Source: Patescibacteria group bacterium (lineage in GTDB: Bacteria; Patescibacteriota; JACPGU01). Taken from it: a stretch of 64,000 nucleotides of DNA. Made by a program: the position numbers and the translations under genes. The notes beneath the pieces were generated by a model. The model saw nothing but the letters and a program-made list of their open reading frames with translations, ran no database searches and had not been told where the DNA came from. How positions within the stretch are numbered: the stretch's first letter is position 1; each line of letters begins with the position of its first letter. Positions 9,489-19,785 of this stretch are shown here, piece after piece. The stretch lies in assembly GCA_041675145.1 (NCBI GenBank), contig JBAYUK010000001.1, positions 220,057 to 284,056 on the forward strand, given 5' to 3'.

Positions 9489-9551
9489 ACATAATGCAGA
9501 TCAGCCAATGCTGATCTCACCTATTATAACCCTATATGTAGATATATTCAA

Positions 9552-9779
9552 CTATGCCAAACCAGCATGAATCTTGAGCTGCTCGATATCTCGTTCATTT
9601 CTCTTCATCCGTTCGCTCTTAAATGTCATATTCTCATCTACTCGAGAGACTATCGTCATAATATCGTCGGTAACACTCAAGAATTCCTCTCGTGTTACCA
9701 TCTTTGCTTCAATATTAGCAATTTTTTCTTGCTGCAAGATAAGCATATCAATTATTTTGTTTTCTGTTTCGTCAGTCAT
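9552..9779 (-). CDS. Hypothetical small coiled-coil protein
   Basis: 75-aa ORF, hydrophilic, no recognised motif. Confidence 0.4.
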   Translation of the reverse strand: MTDETENKIIDMLILQQEKIANIEAKMVTREEFLSVTDDIMTIVSRVDENMTFKSERMKRNERDIEQLKIHAGLA

Positions 9780-9875
9780 ATTGCAATACTAATACATAGC
9801 TACTCATCAGTCAACGCGTGAGATATACACATGCATCGTAATTAAGACTGCATTGCCACATAATACTACAATGGA

Positions 9876-9904
9876 TTGACTTAAAATAGTAATAGTTATA
9901 TAAT
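9876..9904 (+). promoter_or_regulatory. Sigma-70-type promoter TTGACT-N17-TATAAT
   Basis: Consensus -35 at 9876-9881 and -10 at 9899-9904, upstream of the 9951 ORF. Confidence 0.5.
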
Positions 9905-9950
9905 CAATATGAAACAAAAATCCAAACGAACCCAAAGGAGTTGATGCACT

Positions 9951-10607
9951 TTGTACAACCGAAAAAGAATGAAGTTTTTCCCCTTCCTCTACTGGCTGGT
10001 ATCCTGCTTCAAAATTCGACCCACCGTGAAAAAAGCTGACCCATTCTTGCAAGAGCTCGGCAACAGACTCCTCATCGTGGTCTTTGCCTTCGGGCAAGTC
10101 GAGAAAAAATCACACATAGGAACTCCCGTTTACACAAGAATATTCCCTGGTGAAAGCAATGAAGCTCTTGCAGAATATGTGAAGGACTTGTGGACTCAGT
10201 ACCCCAACGCACACTTTGCAATTCAATGGAAAGTTTGCGACTGGATAACAGGCGAGATGAACCTTAAGGCTAGAATCACCCGCATCCACCAGCACCGCGA
10301 AGTTGATCCCAAAACCGGCAAGCCAAAGTACTTAGACTGCCAAGAAATTGCCCTACAAGCTAATGACGCCCATACTGCACTGCTAACTGAAGTCCAGCAC
10401 ACCTCCATGGTTGTCAGCCACGAAATCTTGGTGCCCCGAGGTGTTGCTCTTATGCAAAACCTTGAATACACAGCACATGTTCCACCGGGCCTTGGCCAAA
10501 TTCCCTACTGCAAAGACTCTACCCAGCCATGGTGCCGCTCCAAGTGGCGCTTTGTCCCGCGCGAGATTCTCGCCAGAATCCTTTACCGCCTTAAAGGGTG
10601 GATCTGA
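9951..10607 (+). CDS. Hypothetical protein (TTG start with GGAG RBS), GC-richer than surroundings
   Basis: 218-aa ORF flanked by a strong promoter and a downstream terminator. No family recognised. Confidence 0.5.
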   Translation: MYNRKRMKFFPFLYWLVSCFKIRPTVKKADPFLQELGNRLLIVVFAFGQVEKKSHIGTPVYTRIFPGESNEALAEYVKDLWTQYPNAHFAIQWKVCDWITGEMNLKARITRIHQHREVDPKTGKPKYLDCQEIALQANDAHTALLTEVQHTSMVVSHEILVPRGVALMQNLEYTAHVPPGLGQIPYCKDSTQPWCRSKWRFVPREILARILYRLKGWI

Positions 10608-10621
10608 CTCGACGCACATTT

Positions 10622-10657
10622 CAATGCCATGTCTCCCAAAGGAGGCATGGCATTTTT
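10622..10657 (+). terminator. Rho-independent terminator
   Basis: aatgccatg...catggcatt followed by T-run. Confidence 0.6.
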
Positions 10658-10734
10658 TATATCTTTTACCCTTTTTTCTATAGTCCGCACATATTTCTTT
10701 GAGTGCAAAAGTCAGTTAGGGTCAACACGGATAC

Positions 10735-13700
10735 CTAACTCTTTACCTGAATCTCCCAGTACAATCCAATATCTTTCATCCAATCAACCCCATCTACTAC
10801 TGGAGTAAAGTACGCTTTATATGTACCAGGCTTATCTGGTGCTTTAATACTAAACTGGAATCTGGTATGCCAACCAGGCTCTATTATTGGGTGCATAATA
10901 GTTACAGGACGATTGTTTGACAACCAACTTGCATGTGCAAATTCAGATGCGTAGTCTCGTTGCTGATTGGTTGCACCAAAGGCAGATCCCGTACCAAGCC
11001 TGACAGGATGCTTTCCGACATTAAACCACGGAGTCTTTCCGGTATTTTTAATCTCCACCCACACATTGCTTACCTGTCCTGGCTTCATGACAGCTGGATA
11101 CGGGGATTGCGTAATAAACTGGTAATCATAGAGACGAGGCACTTCATAGCGTATACGCCAACCTGCCACTACAACTTCTGGGTTTGATACCAGACTCGGA
11201 AAGGCGATCTTATTAAGCTCAACTAACCTTTTCCACTGCTCTCTATCTCCATACAACTTTAACGCAATAGTTTTGAGACTATCAAACGGTTGAACAATAT
11301 AGTATGCGATTCCGTCCTCAGCTGAAGTATCAACCACTCCTTCTACTTGACCTACTACTGTTGTACCAGAGGTATAGTCTTTGACGATTATGCCGTTAGC
11401 ACTACCCTGGGCAGTAACAATAGTAAGGGTTGTCTGTGTGAGCCGTATGTGACAGGTATACTTCCATGTTTCGGAAATATCGAGCAAACCGTTATTATTG
11501 ATGTCACCAGACGGGCTAGATAAAGGCGCGCATCCACTATCGGTCACAAGCACGTGCGACAATGGCACCTCGCCAGGATTAGTAACGGTATAGGTATAGT
11601 TAACGACTCCGCCTGCAGCCGGTAATACAGCTGGACTCCTATTTTTCACTACACTAATAACAGGCTGCTGAGGAGTTGCACCAACCGTGAGGGTAAAATC
11701 TGCACTTGCCTGAATAGAAGAACCACCGGCTACTCCAGTAGCAACTACATTACTTTTTGTTGTCTGCGTAACATATGTACTACACGAGAATTCCCAAGTT
11801 TCACTAGCGTCTAGTATGTTGTTACTATTTATATCCCCCGCTATACGAAAAACTGGGCTACATACAGAGTCTGTTACAGCAATAGTACCCACTGGTACGG
11901 TGCTGATATTCTTTACAATATATATATAACTTACTGAACCGGGAACAGACAATGAGTTAGATGGAGTAGCGGATTTTGTAACACTAATCCCTGGAGTAAC
12001 ATTTTGTGGAACATATATACCACCACCAACACTCGTACTAACAGGATTAAGACTCACCGAGATATTCTGTTCTGGTGTGCTGATGAAGTTAGAAGTTGTC
12101 TGCGAGACATACCCTGCGTTACTCGTGCTAAAAGAAAAGGGATTTCTTCCTCCGCTGGTTATAGATAATGAACCGCCGTTACTAATACTAGTAGCAAGAA
12201 TAGGTGTACTTAACGCAGATACCCCAGATATTCCCGTTGTAACCGTTCCGACAAGCTGCTGAAGTGCGTTGCGTATTGTAGTGACTGCTCCATTAATTGG
12301 ACTACTACCCTCTTGTACGGTAGTTTTAACGGTGTAATAAATGTCTAAGTTCCCGGTATTTTGAACATCTAATGCCGAGATAGAAAAGACACTATCTTGC
12401 AACGCATTATTTGCCGTCGTAAGCATAATGACATCTTTTGCGGCACTATTTTGCAAAGTCGAATTTTTAATCACATTACTTGCTGATGTCCCGGTCAAAA
12501 CTACCGCATTATCGTTGTTTGTACTCGTAACTGCTTCAACTATATTATCTGTAGAGTTATGCAATACAATACCTCCGTAGTTGTCGGTAATCACCGTACG
12601 GTGAATAGCTGGCGGAGAAGTATCGCCTGGCTTGACTGAAATACCTTCTGCAGCAGCAGCTGCTGCGTTGTAAGTAAAAACACCATTTGTCACCGTAAAG
12701 ATATTCGGGATATAGTGCTCAACAGTCACCTCACCCGGGTTGGCGCATTGCAAGAATGCACTCGCGCCCGACAGGTAGTTATCCTGTGCAAAAGCAGTAA
12801 GTCGCAACCCCAGATAGTTAACTAAATACAGATTCCAGTTTTGTGGCGTACCTACGAGCGCAGTAATATCATGGTTATTATCTGTAGTAGCATCAAATGG
12901 ACAACTACCTGGAGAGGGAGTTCCTGAAGCAATAAGCATAATATCAGAGCCACCACTCACTGCAGCCCCATCGTCGTACAGATTTACTCCGTCACTCATC
13001 TCAGAATAATCAATTGCATAGGTTGTACTCGTAGGAGAAGTCGAGCCAGTTGTCTTAAGATTCTTAACAGTCGAGTTGGTGAAGTTTGGAAGATATACTG
13101 CATTACTATTCCCACCCGCGTCAAACACCGTCCCTACACCCGCTCCCTGAATCGTTACATTATTAAATGACCCAGTAAGTAGCATCGGGGCGTAAGTTCC
13201 CGCCGCAATATCTACAATATCGCCGTCTTTAAGAATACTACTCAAAAATGTACTAACATTGTTTCCACTAAAGTAGCAAGTAGCGTAGTCGATTGTACAG
13301 CTATCATCAATACTATAGTGTGTTACGCGCGCTGCGGAGAGTACGCCAATATCCTGTGCACCGTTTACATCGAAATAACGGCTCATCGGAGCTGGGTTGT
13401 AATCATCAGCGGTACTGACGTTCTGTGTGCGCAACATAGGATCAGCTGTGGTTGTAGTGGCATCGAGACTCGTAAAAACATTATTCAAGTCAGAAATAGA
13501 TGCTGCTACATGCGAGATACCGTTATATGAATTTGGAATACTTAACGTAACATTCCCAGGAACATAGGTAAGCGCAATGCCGTACCCACTTCCCCCGGGG
13601 GCGGTTGAAGGACTGTAACATAAGTTGTAGTTGACCTGAAGCGTAACAGACGGGTTGCCATGAGACCCATCGTCATACAAACCAAAACAAGTACTACCCG

Positions 13701-14643
13701 AGAGCATTGAGGCATTGGTACCATCGCGCATAATAATAGTATTATGCTCCGCAGTAATAGTCATATCCCCGTCACCAACTCGCAAATTAACTCCCCATGA
13801 GTTACTACTCGCTCCAACAGTCTTTTCCGGGAGGATATAGTAGTTATAGGCAATGTACACTTCAGAGTTACTAAAACTCGTCATCACTGTATAGGTGTCG
13901 TTTTGTACTATCGCAGCATCTATTGTGTTGTTTGTAATATTTATGTTCTCTCCTGCATAAATACTAATATAGTCCCCGGCACTATTTGGTGAGTAGTTTG
14001 AGATATGATTATTGGTAATATCTACATTACTTGAAATAGATGCTGAGTCTGTATAATCAGAGCCGCCGCCAGCAATTGAAGCGCTAATACAACTTTGGTC
14101 AAACCGACAGGTAATGGTGTTGTTGTTAATGACCACGTTATCTGCAGTCTGTAAGCGAATGTTTTGAACTCCGATATTGTTACTTATCTCAATGCCATCA
14201 TCGTTTGTAAGAACAATTTGGCTTTCTGCCGCTGCTGAAATAGTATTTCCGAGCCACTTTACGTTACCTGTGTTACTGGCATCAAAAAAAACATTCTCAA
14301 AAGTACAATTCTGAATAGTGTCATCACCGCTCGGGTTAAGCTGAATTCTTGCACTCGCCTGATCTCCAACAGTATCTGACCCCGGTAAACACTCGAGTGT
14401 AACGCTAACCGGAAGAACAATAGAAGTCCCCTCGTTTGCGTCATTAAAAACATATCCAGCAGTAAGCTGTATGATATCGGCTCCGCCAATACCAGGAGCA
14501 ATAGAAGCGTCATACAGGGACGTAAAATCACAACCACTCGTACAGACAGTATACGTAGTCCCAGCAGCATGAACGCTGCTCGTAAAAGAAAAGAGAGCTA
14601 GTACTACACTAAAAATACAAAAAAGAATTCTACTTTTTTTCAT
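10735..14643 (-). CDS. Giant secreted surface protein: signal peptide, right-handed beta-helix repeats, two DUF11-like repeats, LysM-like segment and C-terminal NBR1-like Ig domain
   Basis: MKKSRILFCIFSVVLALFSFTSSVHA signal. Many N-N-T-I/ITNN beta-helix-like repeats. ASETWEFSCSTYVTQTT and ISETWKYTCHIRLTQTT repeats. YYIVQPFDSLKTIALKLYG (LysM-like). C-terminal KPGQVSNVWVEIKNTGKTPW. Confidence 0.75.
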   Translation of the reverse strand: MKKSRILFCIFSVVLALFSFTSSVHAAGTTYTVCTSGCDFTSLYDASIAPGIGGADIIQLTAGYVFNDANEGTSIVLPVSVTLECLPGSDTVGDQASARIQLNPSGDDTIQNCTFENVFFDASNTGNVKWLGNTISAAAESQIVLTNDDGIEISNNIGVQNIRLQTADNVVINNNTITCRFDQSCISASIAGGGSDYTDSASISSNVDITNNHISNYSPNSAGDYISIYAGENINITNNTIDAAIVQNDTYTVMTSFSNSEVYIAYNYYILPEKTVGASSNSWGVNLRVGDGDMTITAEHNTIIMRDGTNASMLSGSTCFGLYDDGSHGNPSVTLQVNYNLCYSPSTAPGGSGYGIALTYVPGNVTLSIPNSYNGISHVAASISDLNNVFTSLDATTTTADPMLRTQNVSTADDYNPAPMSRYFDVNGAQDIGVLSAARVTHYSIDDSCTIDYATCYFSGNNVSTFLSSILKDGDIVDIAAGTYAPMLLTGSFNNVTIQGAGVGTVFDAGGNSNAVYLPNFTNSTVKNLKTTGSTSPTSTTYAIDYSEMSDGVNLYDDGAAVSGGSDIMLIASGTPSPGSCPFDATTDNNHDITALVGTPQNWNLYLVNYLGLRLTAFAQDNYLSGASAFLQCANPGEVTVEHYIPNIFTVTNGVFTYNAAAAAAEGISVKPGDTSPPAIHRTVITDNYGGIVLHNSTDNIVEAVTSTNNDNAVVLTGTSASNVIKNSTLQNSAAKDVIMLTTANNALQDSVFSISALDVQNTGNLDIYYTVKTTVQEGSSPINGAVTTIRNALQQLVGTVTTGISGVSALSTPILATSISNGGSLSITSGGRNPFSFSTSNAGYVSQTTSNFISTPEQNISVSLNPVSTSVGGGIYVPQNVTPGISVTKSATPSNSLSVPGSVSYIYIVKNISTVPVGTIAVTDSVCSPVFRIAGDINSNNILDASETWEFSCSTYVTQTTKSNVVATGVAGGSSIQASADFTLTVGATPQQPVISVVKNRSPAVLPAAGGVVNYTYTVTNPGEVPLSHVLVTDSGCAPLSSPSGDINNNGLLDISETWKYTCHIRLTQTTLTIVTAQGSANGIIVKDYTSGTTVVGQVEGVVDTSAEDGIAYYIVQPFDSLKTIALKLYGDREQWKRLVELNKIAFPSLVSNPEVVVAGWRIRYEVPRLYDYQFITQSPYPAVMKPGQVSNVWVEIKNTGKTPWFNVGKHPVRLGTGSAFGATNQQRDYASEFAHASWLSNNRPVTIMHPIIEPGWHTRFQFSIKAPDKPGTYKAYFTPVVDGVDWMKDIGLYWEIQVKS

Positions 14644-14726
14644 TGATTTGTATATGTTTACAAGTTACCTATATTCTATATGAAAGTAAGCATTTGAACA
14701 GAGCATAACCTGTGCATAATACGCAC

Positions 14727-15146
14727 TTACTGTTCAATATCCGCATTGTTCTGCTCTCTTCTTCGACAATTCACACATACCCCTTTGAGCACCACTGAGT
14801 AGTCCTCGATGAGATCTACTACTCCATCTTCCTTGATCGTCTGGAAGTTAAGCAGGATATTATCCGGCACATTATATATTCTCTCGCACATAGTACAAAT
14901 AAAATGATGGTGCTTCTCTTCAACGCCATCGTATTGGACACGGTCGTGCTTGAAGTGGTGCGCACGAATGAGCCCCTTGCCCGCCATAGAGTCAAGATTA
15001 CGGTACACTGTCGCGAGGGATATCTGCGGCAGACGATCGCGCACCACTTCATATACCTCGTATGCATCAGGATGACCCGTGGTAGATCGTAAGTAGTCTA
15101 GTATCGCTTTCTTTTGGTTGGTTAGTCGTTCTATCTTTTCAGCCAC
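14727..15146 (-). CDS. Fur-family transcriptional regulator (Fur/Zur/PerR)
   Basis: ILDYLR...HPDAYEVY... ATVYRNLD ... HHHFICTMCERI ... CVNC metal-site motifs. Confidence 0.85.
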   Translation of the reverse strand: MAEKIERLTNQKKAILDYLRSTTGHPDAYEVYEVVRDRLPQISLATVYRNLDSMAGKGLIRAHHFKHDRVQYDGVEEKHHHFICTMCERIYNVPDNILLNFQTIKEDGVVDLIEDYSVVLKGVCVNCRRREQNNADIEQ

Positions 15147-15233
15147 TGTGTTTTTATAGGAATTATTATTAATAACATTGTATTACTAATAGGTTTTAAT
15201 ATGCAATAGGTAATACATACCAATAATGAAGAT

Positions 15234-15260
15234 ACAAAAAAATCGGGGTCTCCCCCGATT
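15234..15260 (-). terminator. Rho-independent terminator
   Basis: atcgggg-tctc-ccccgat preceded by A7 on the plus strand. Confidence 0.55.
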
Positions 15261-15272
15261 TCAGACACCGAG

Positions 15273-16976
15273 CTATTTTGTATTGATGTACCAGTTTACA
15301 ACACTGGCAAATCGATCCCAGGTATTAGTTATACCCGCAATACCGATACCCTTCACCTGGTTCGAAACCTTATACACATATACCGGCTGATACAGCATGA
15401 TAGCGGGCAATTCTTGCGCTATAATTTGCTGGAATTTCTGGTAGTCACGAATCTTGAGATTAGTATCCGTAGTTTGTCGTGCTTCCTCAAGCAACTTATC
15501 TACCTCACCATTTTCAAACATTGAAAGGTTAAGACCTGGGTAGTTACTTTGAGATGAGTGCCAGTACGAGTACGGGTCAGCATCTAAGCCAACGTTCTCA
15601 CCAATGAGTACCATATCATAGGCACGAGTGGCAAGATACTGCTGTTCAAATTCCTGAGCAGTTCCTTTGCGTACATCAAGGCGCACGCCAATGACTTGCA
15701 GTTGTCGGGTAAGCTCGTCTGCTACACGGACAAACTGTTCATCTTGCGGAATAGCTAAGAGCAAAGATAAGTCATGCCCATCTTTCTCACGAATACCATT
15801 ACTGTCAGCATCGTTCCATCCCGCTTGAGACAATAATGACTGAGATGTTTTGACATCCTGTGCGTATTTTTTTACATCGTCGCTATGCCCGATATATCCC
15901 TGGAGTATCGGAGAGTCAATAACCGTACCTGCTGAAAAGTTGGCAGCAGCACGCAGTGTCTCACGATCAAGAGCACCAGCAACAGCCTCGCGCACCGCGT
16001 GGTCAGTCACATACGATCCGCCTGGTTTTTTAAGATTAAAAAATAGTCCAACATACTGAGGAAGAGAAACAACATGGTTCGTGTATCCACGAAGGTTATC
16101 TCCAGCCAGGGCATCGTCAAAAGAGAAAAGCCCAGCAGAAGATATCTCGCGCTTCGCAAGACCCTTAACTAGGTCAGAGCGTTCATTGTAAAAACGGATA
16201 TCAAAACGAGAAATATATGGAGCGTGAGGTTGTCTTTTAGAAAAAGCAGTAAGCTCCATCGTCACGATCTTACCTTCCTTATCCTGATTGATCGTATTCA
16301 CCTGATACGCTCCTGCACCAACTGGCTTGGTGTTAAGTGGGTAGGTCGGGAAGTCAGAAACTTTTACATCAGCCCATAAGTGCCAAGGTAGCAACCCTAC
16401 GGTTAACGCATTTAAAAAGAGGGGGTAGGCTCTGGGTAGGCCAAACTTAACGGTCAACTGATCCACCTTTTCTGCTCGTATTCCTTCCCAGGTCGCTTTG
16501 AGTGCTCCGTTGTAATCTGGATTCTGAAGTACTGCAACGGTGTACATAACATCATCCGCATCAAGTGCCTTTCCGTCCTGCCAGGTAAGCCCTGGCTTAA
16601 GATACAAGGTATATATCTTTTTATCTTCAGAGACTTCAAAGCGAGCAGCTAAGTCAGGTACGATCTCCTGTTTCTCGTTCATCTGCATAAGACCCGCGTA
16701 GACAAGCGAAGTAAGGGACTTATCTAATTCGCTTTTCGCGAGTACCGGGTTGATAAACTCAGGTCGTCCTACCATACCTTCAATAATCAGACCACCTGAA
16801 ATCGGCTGGATACCACCAGTTACGCTCAGTTTTCCACCGGTAGGTAGCACGGTTAAAAAACCTGAGACCACCATGACCACGATTAGAATTGAAGCTGCAA
16901 TTTTTTCCTGCCTAGTCAAAATCCGCAATAGCGCAAACAATACAGTGCGAATTTTGCGTAAAAAAGAAACTTTCAT
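15273..16976 (-). CDS. ABC transporter substrate-binding protein, family 5 (oligopeptide/nickel-type)
   Basis: 567 aa, N-terminal membrane anchor, SBP_bac_5-like length and composition. Confidence 0.65.
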   Translation of the reverse strand: MKVSFLRKIRTVLFALLRILTRQEKIAASILIVVMVVSGFLTVLPTGGKLSVTGGIQPISGGLIIEGMVGRPEFINPVLAKSELDKSLTSLVYAGLMQMNEKQEIVPDLAARFEVSEDKKIYTLYLKPGLTWQDGKALDADDVMYTVAVLQNPDYNGALKATWEGIRAEKVDQLTVKFGLPRAYPLFLNALTVGLLPWHLWADVKVSDFPTYPLNTKPVGAGAYQVNTINQDKEGKIVTMELTAFSKRQPHAPYISRFDIRFYNERSDLVKGLAKREISSAGLFSFDDALAGDNLRGYTNHVVSLPQYVGLFFNLKKPGGSYVTDHAVREAVAGALDRETLRAAANFSAGTVIDSPILQGYIGHSDDVKKYAQDVKTSQSLLSQAGWNDADSNGIREKDGHDLSLLLAIPQDEQFVRVADELTRQLQVIGVRLDVRKGTAQEFEQQYLATRAYDMVLIGENVGLDADPYSYWHSSQSNYPGLNLSMFENGEVDKLLEEARQTTDTNLKIRDYQKFQQIIAQELPAIMLYQPVYVYKVSNQVKGIGIAGITNTWDRFASVVNWYINTK

Positions 16977-16979
16977 AGA

Positions 16980-17204
16980 TTATTTTACCAGCAAGCTCGC
17001 AATAGCGAGGCCGACAAAACAGATAGCCAAAATAATAGTTACAATATAGAGAAACTTCTCAGCACCACGACGAGTCGTATGCAGTGCACTATCTCCACCA
17101 AAAGTACCAGACAGTCCCGCTCCGCGAGATTGCACCATAATACTAATAATAAGGAGGAATGCAACAAACAACTGTGCAATCAGTAAAACATCCGGAATGT
17201 TCAT
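16980..17204 (-). CDS. secG: Preprotein translocase subunit SecG
   Basis: LLIISIMVQSRGAGLSGTFGG...TTRRGAEKFL signature. ATG at 17202-17204. Confidence 0.8.
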   Translation of the reverse strand: MNIPDVLLIAQLFVAFLLIISIMVQSRGAGLSGTFGGDSALHTTRRGAEKFLYIVTIILAICFVGLAIASLLVK

Positions 17205-17231
17205 AATGTAAGTTAGGTAACTGGGTATAAA

Positions 17232-17303
17232 AGCGGGCAAGCAGGATCGAACTGCCGTCTCATCCTTGGCAAGGACGTGTAATAGCCACTATACGATGCC
17301 CGC
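17232..17303 (-). tRNA. tRNA-Gly (anticodon GCC)
   Basis: Reverse complement GCGGGCATCGTATAGTGGCTATTACACGTCCTTGCCAAGGATG...GGTTCGATCCTGCTTGCCCGCT. Confidence 0.8.
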
Positions 17304-17315
17304 ACGGTTTTTAAA

Positions 17316-17387
<72 letters not shown>

Positions 17388-17408
17388 TCAAGCAACCCTT
17401 AAAAACTT

Positions 17409-17756
17409 CTAGATAATAAAATGCGCGAAATAGTTCACCAGCCCTACAATACCACCAGCAAACAACACGGTAAGAATGTCTCCCGGATGGAACCCTGGAA
17501 CAAACATGCCAATACCATACAATACTGCCGCATCCACAAAGAAAAATAGAATAGGGCCAAGAAAGAACAAGGGTAAGGACAGCACTTTTACTACCGGCTT
17601 CAAGACTATTGCAATGAGCGAGAAGATACCAGACACCATCAGTAGGATTTCTATACTATCGTAGTTGAACTGATTAAGGTATAGAGATGCAAAATACATC
17701 GCCAGCGCGTTAATCACCCATCCAAGTACAAATTTTCTGATCTGTGTCTTTAGCAT
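17409..17756 (-). CDS. Small 4-TM membrane protein (phage-holin-4-like family)
   Basis: GWVINALAMYFA...PGFHPGDILTVLFAGGIVGLVNYF pattern. Confidence 0.5.
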   Translation of the reverse strand: MLKTQIRKFVLGWVINALAMYFASLYLNQFNYDSIEILLMVSGIFSLIAIVLKPVVKVLSLPLFFLGPILFFFVDAAVLYGIGMFVPGFHPGDILTVLFAGGIVGLVNYFAHFII

Positions 17757-17820
17757 ATATATCTGTGTATTAGTCCTCTTATGGTAGCATAAACACCGAA
17801 AATCGTCAAAATCTTGCAAG

Positions 17821-18237
17821 TTAGTATAAATCGGCTGATTGTATACCCGATCTACCCTTTTTTATATGCGACCTCACCTTCTTCTCCACTAGCCTTTTCA
17901 CCTTCTCTTGCTTGGGGATTTTAGTCGCATATCGTTCTTTTTCAGGGATCAGCGCTTCCCGTATCATGTCTTGTAGCTTCTCCATGGCTTCGAGGTAGTT
18001 TCTATGTTGCGCCCGCTCGCTTTCTGCTGAAACAATTAACTCCCCCATCTTGTTGATTCTATTCGCCAGTTTTTCTAAGACAATACTCTTTTGACTTTCA
18101 TTAAGGGTCTTAGATTTGGCTACTGGGAACCGCAAAACCACTTTACTTTCTGTCTTGTTGACATTTTGCCCACCGGGTCCCCTAGACCTGGCAGTGGCAA
18201 CATCTATTTCGTGGAGTGGTATCTTTATTGTATGCAT
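17821..18237 (-). CDS. arfB: Peptidyl-tRNA hydrolase ArfB (alternative ribosome-rescue factor, GGQ domain)
   Basis: RSRGPGGQNVNKTESKVVLRF with basic C-tail, 138 aa. Confidence 0.8.
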   Translation of the reverse strand: MHTIKIPLHEIDVATARSRGPGGQNVNKTESKVVLRFPVAKSKTLNESQKSIVLEKLANRINKMGELIVSAESERAQHRNYLEAMEKLQDMIREALIPEKERYATKIPKQEKVKRLVEKKVRSHIKKGRSGIQSADLY

Positions 18238-18240
18238 ACT

Positions 18241-19752
18241 TTATTCTACCACTATTTTTTCTTTGATGCGTAGTGCAAGAGATCTACCCACCACTGCTTC
18301 TAGTTGTGGTATCGTAGCTCCTGCTATACCACGAACCGACCCGAACTCTTTTATCAGCTTGCGTCGAGTTGCTGGACCAATACCTAAAACCTCATCAAGA
18401 GAGGAAGTGATGTTGCGTTCACGGCGTAACTTTTTGTGGAAAGTGATCGCAAACCGATGTGCTTCATCTCGAATATTTTGTACAAAATATCCCTCTGGAC
18501 TATCTTTTGATATATCCGCACGCGCAAACTGTAGCTTCTTGATATCTATCCCCCAGACTTCCTCATCACGCTTCGCAAGTCCCACGAGTGGGATATTAAT
18601 ATGTTCTTTTTGGAACAGCTGCCAGATGGTTGAAAGCTGTGGCTTGCCACCATCCAAGATTATGAGATCGGGGTTTCTCCATGGTTTCTTATCGTGGCCA
18701 GTAAGGTGTCCTAAGCGACGAGTGAGCACTTCTTTCATCATCGCAAAGTCGTTTACTCCTTTTACGGTCTTAATCTTAAACTTCCTGTACTCTCTTTTAT
18801 CCATCTTTCCATCTTGCCAGACCACCATACTCCCTACTGGTTCTGCTCCTTGAATATTACTCATATCATAAAGCTCGATACGAAACTTTCCAGATGATAA
18901 TATGGCATACCCAAAAGCTGAATTAATCTTAGCTATGACAGATTGCAAAACATCGGAATCTACTTTAGGAACGCTTTGTTGTTCCTTTACCTTATGTACG
19001 CTTTTATCCCTTACCTTGCCCAAGTGAAGTAACCCTTCTACTTTGTCTCGTACTCTTGCTGCCCCTTCGAAATCTTTCTTTTTAGATAACCTACTCATGT
19101 CTTTCTTTAAACCGCTTACCAAGCTCTCTTTCTTACCTTCAAGGAAGGTAACCAACTGCATTAAGTCCTTCTTATATTCCACCTCTGAGATGTATCCGCC
19201 ACACACCCCGCGACAAAACGCTATATGGTAGTCAAAACACGGACGGTGCTTTTTACGATGCAACTCTACCTGATGGGGAGTCAACTCACACCACTTAAAT
19301 ATTTTTCTTAAAGTCCTCATGCCGTCCTTGAGTAACCCAGCATCAGTATATGGTCCAAATATTTTTATCTTAGTATCTTTACTAGATCCAACTACCTGAC
19401 GAATAAACTCAGGACGAGGAAACTGCTCATGGAAATCTATTTTGATGTATAGAAAAGATTTATCATCTTTAATCTTTATGTTATAGCGAGGAAGATGCTT
19501 TTTAATGAGTTGGGATTCTAAAATTAACGCCTCCATCTCGGATGGAGTCTCGATCCATTTAAGATCAGCAATTAAGGAGACTAAAACATGGGTCTTAGGA
19601 TCATGATCTTTCTTTTGAAAGTAAGAGTTAACACGCTTTTTCAAGTCTTTCGCTTTACCGACATAGAGCAACTTTCCTTTCACATCAAAATACTGGTAAC
19701 AACCAGGGGATGTGGGAACTAGTTTCAGTTTGTCTGCAAGGTGTTGAGTCAT
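18241..19752 (-). CDS. uvrC: Excinuclease ABC subunit C
   Basis: N-terminal GIY-YIG (PGCYQYFDVKGKLLYVGKAKDLKKRVNSYF), C-terminal HhH. Confidence 0.85.
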   Translation of the reverse strand: MTQHLADKLKLVPTSPGCYQYFDVKGKLLYVGKAKDLKKRVNSYFQKKDHDPKTHVLVSLIADLKWIETPSEMEALILESQLIKKHLPRYNIKIKDDKSFLYIKIDFHEQFPRPEFIRQVVGSSKDTKIKIFGPYTDAGLLKDGMRTLRKIFKWCELTPHQVELHRKKHRPCFDYHIAFCRGVCGGYISEVEYKKDLMQLVTFLEGKKESLVSGLKKDMSRLSKKKDFEGAARVRDKVEGLLHLGKVRDKSVHKVKEQQSVPKVDSDVLQSVIAKINSAFGYAILSSGKFRIELYDMSNIQGAEPVGSMVVWQDGKMDKREYRKFKIKTVKGVNDFAMMKEVLTRRLGHLTGHDKKPWRNPDLIILDGGKPQLSTIWQLFQKEHINIPLVGLAKRDEEVWGIDIKKLQFARADISKDSPEGYFVQNIRDEAHRFAITFHKKLRRERNITSSLDEVLGIGPATRRKLIKEFGSVRGIAGATIPQLEAVVGRSLALRIKEKIVVE

Positions 19753-19785
19753 TGTGTGTATGGCGTATAAAAAAAGTAGGTTGCA

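Noticed and set aside
9335-9520. 61-aa minus-strand ORF
   Set aside because: It overlaps tRNA-Leu(GAG) and the terminator. It is spurious.
15147-15232. Fur box upstream of the fur-family gene
   Set aside because: The region is AT-rich (taataacattgtattactaat) but shows no convincing 19-bp palindrome matching GATAATGATAATCATTATC. It is not called.
18116-18853. 245-aa plus-strand ORF
   Set aside because: It is antisense to uvrC/arfB. There is no RBS and the codon composition mirrors the opposite strand.
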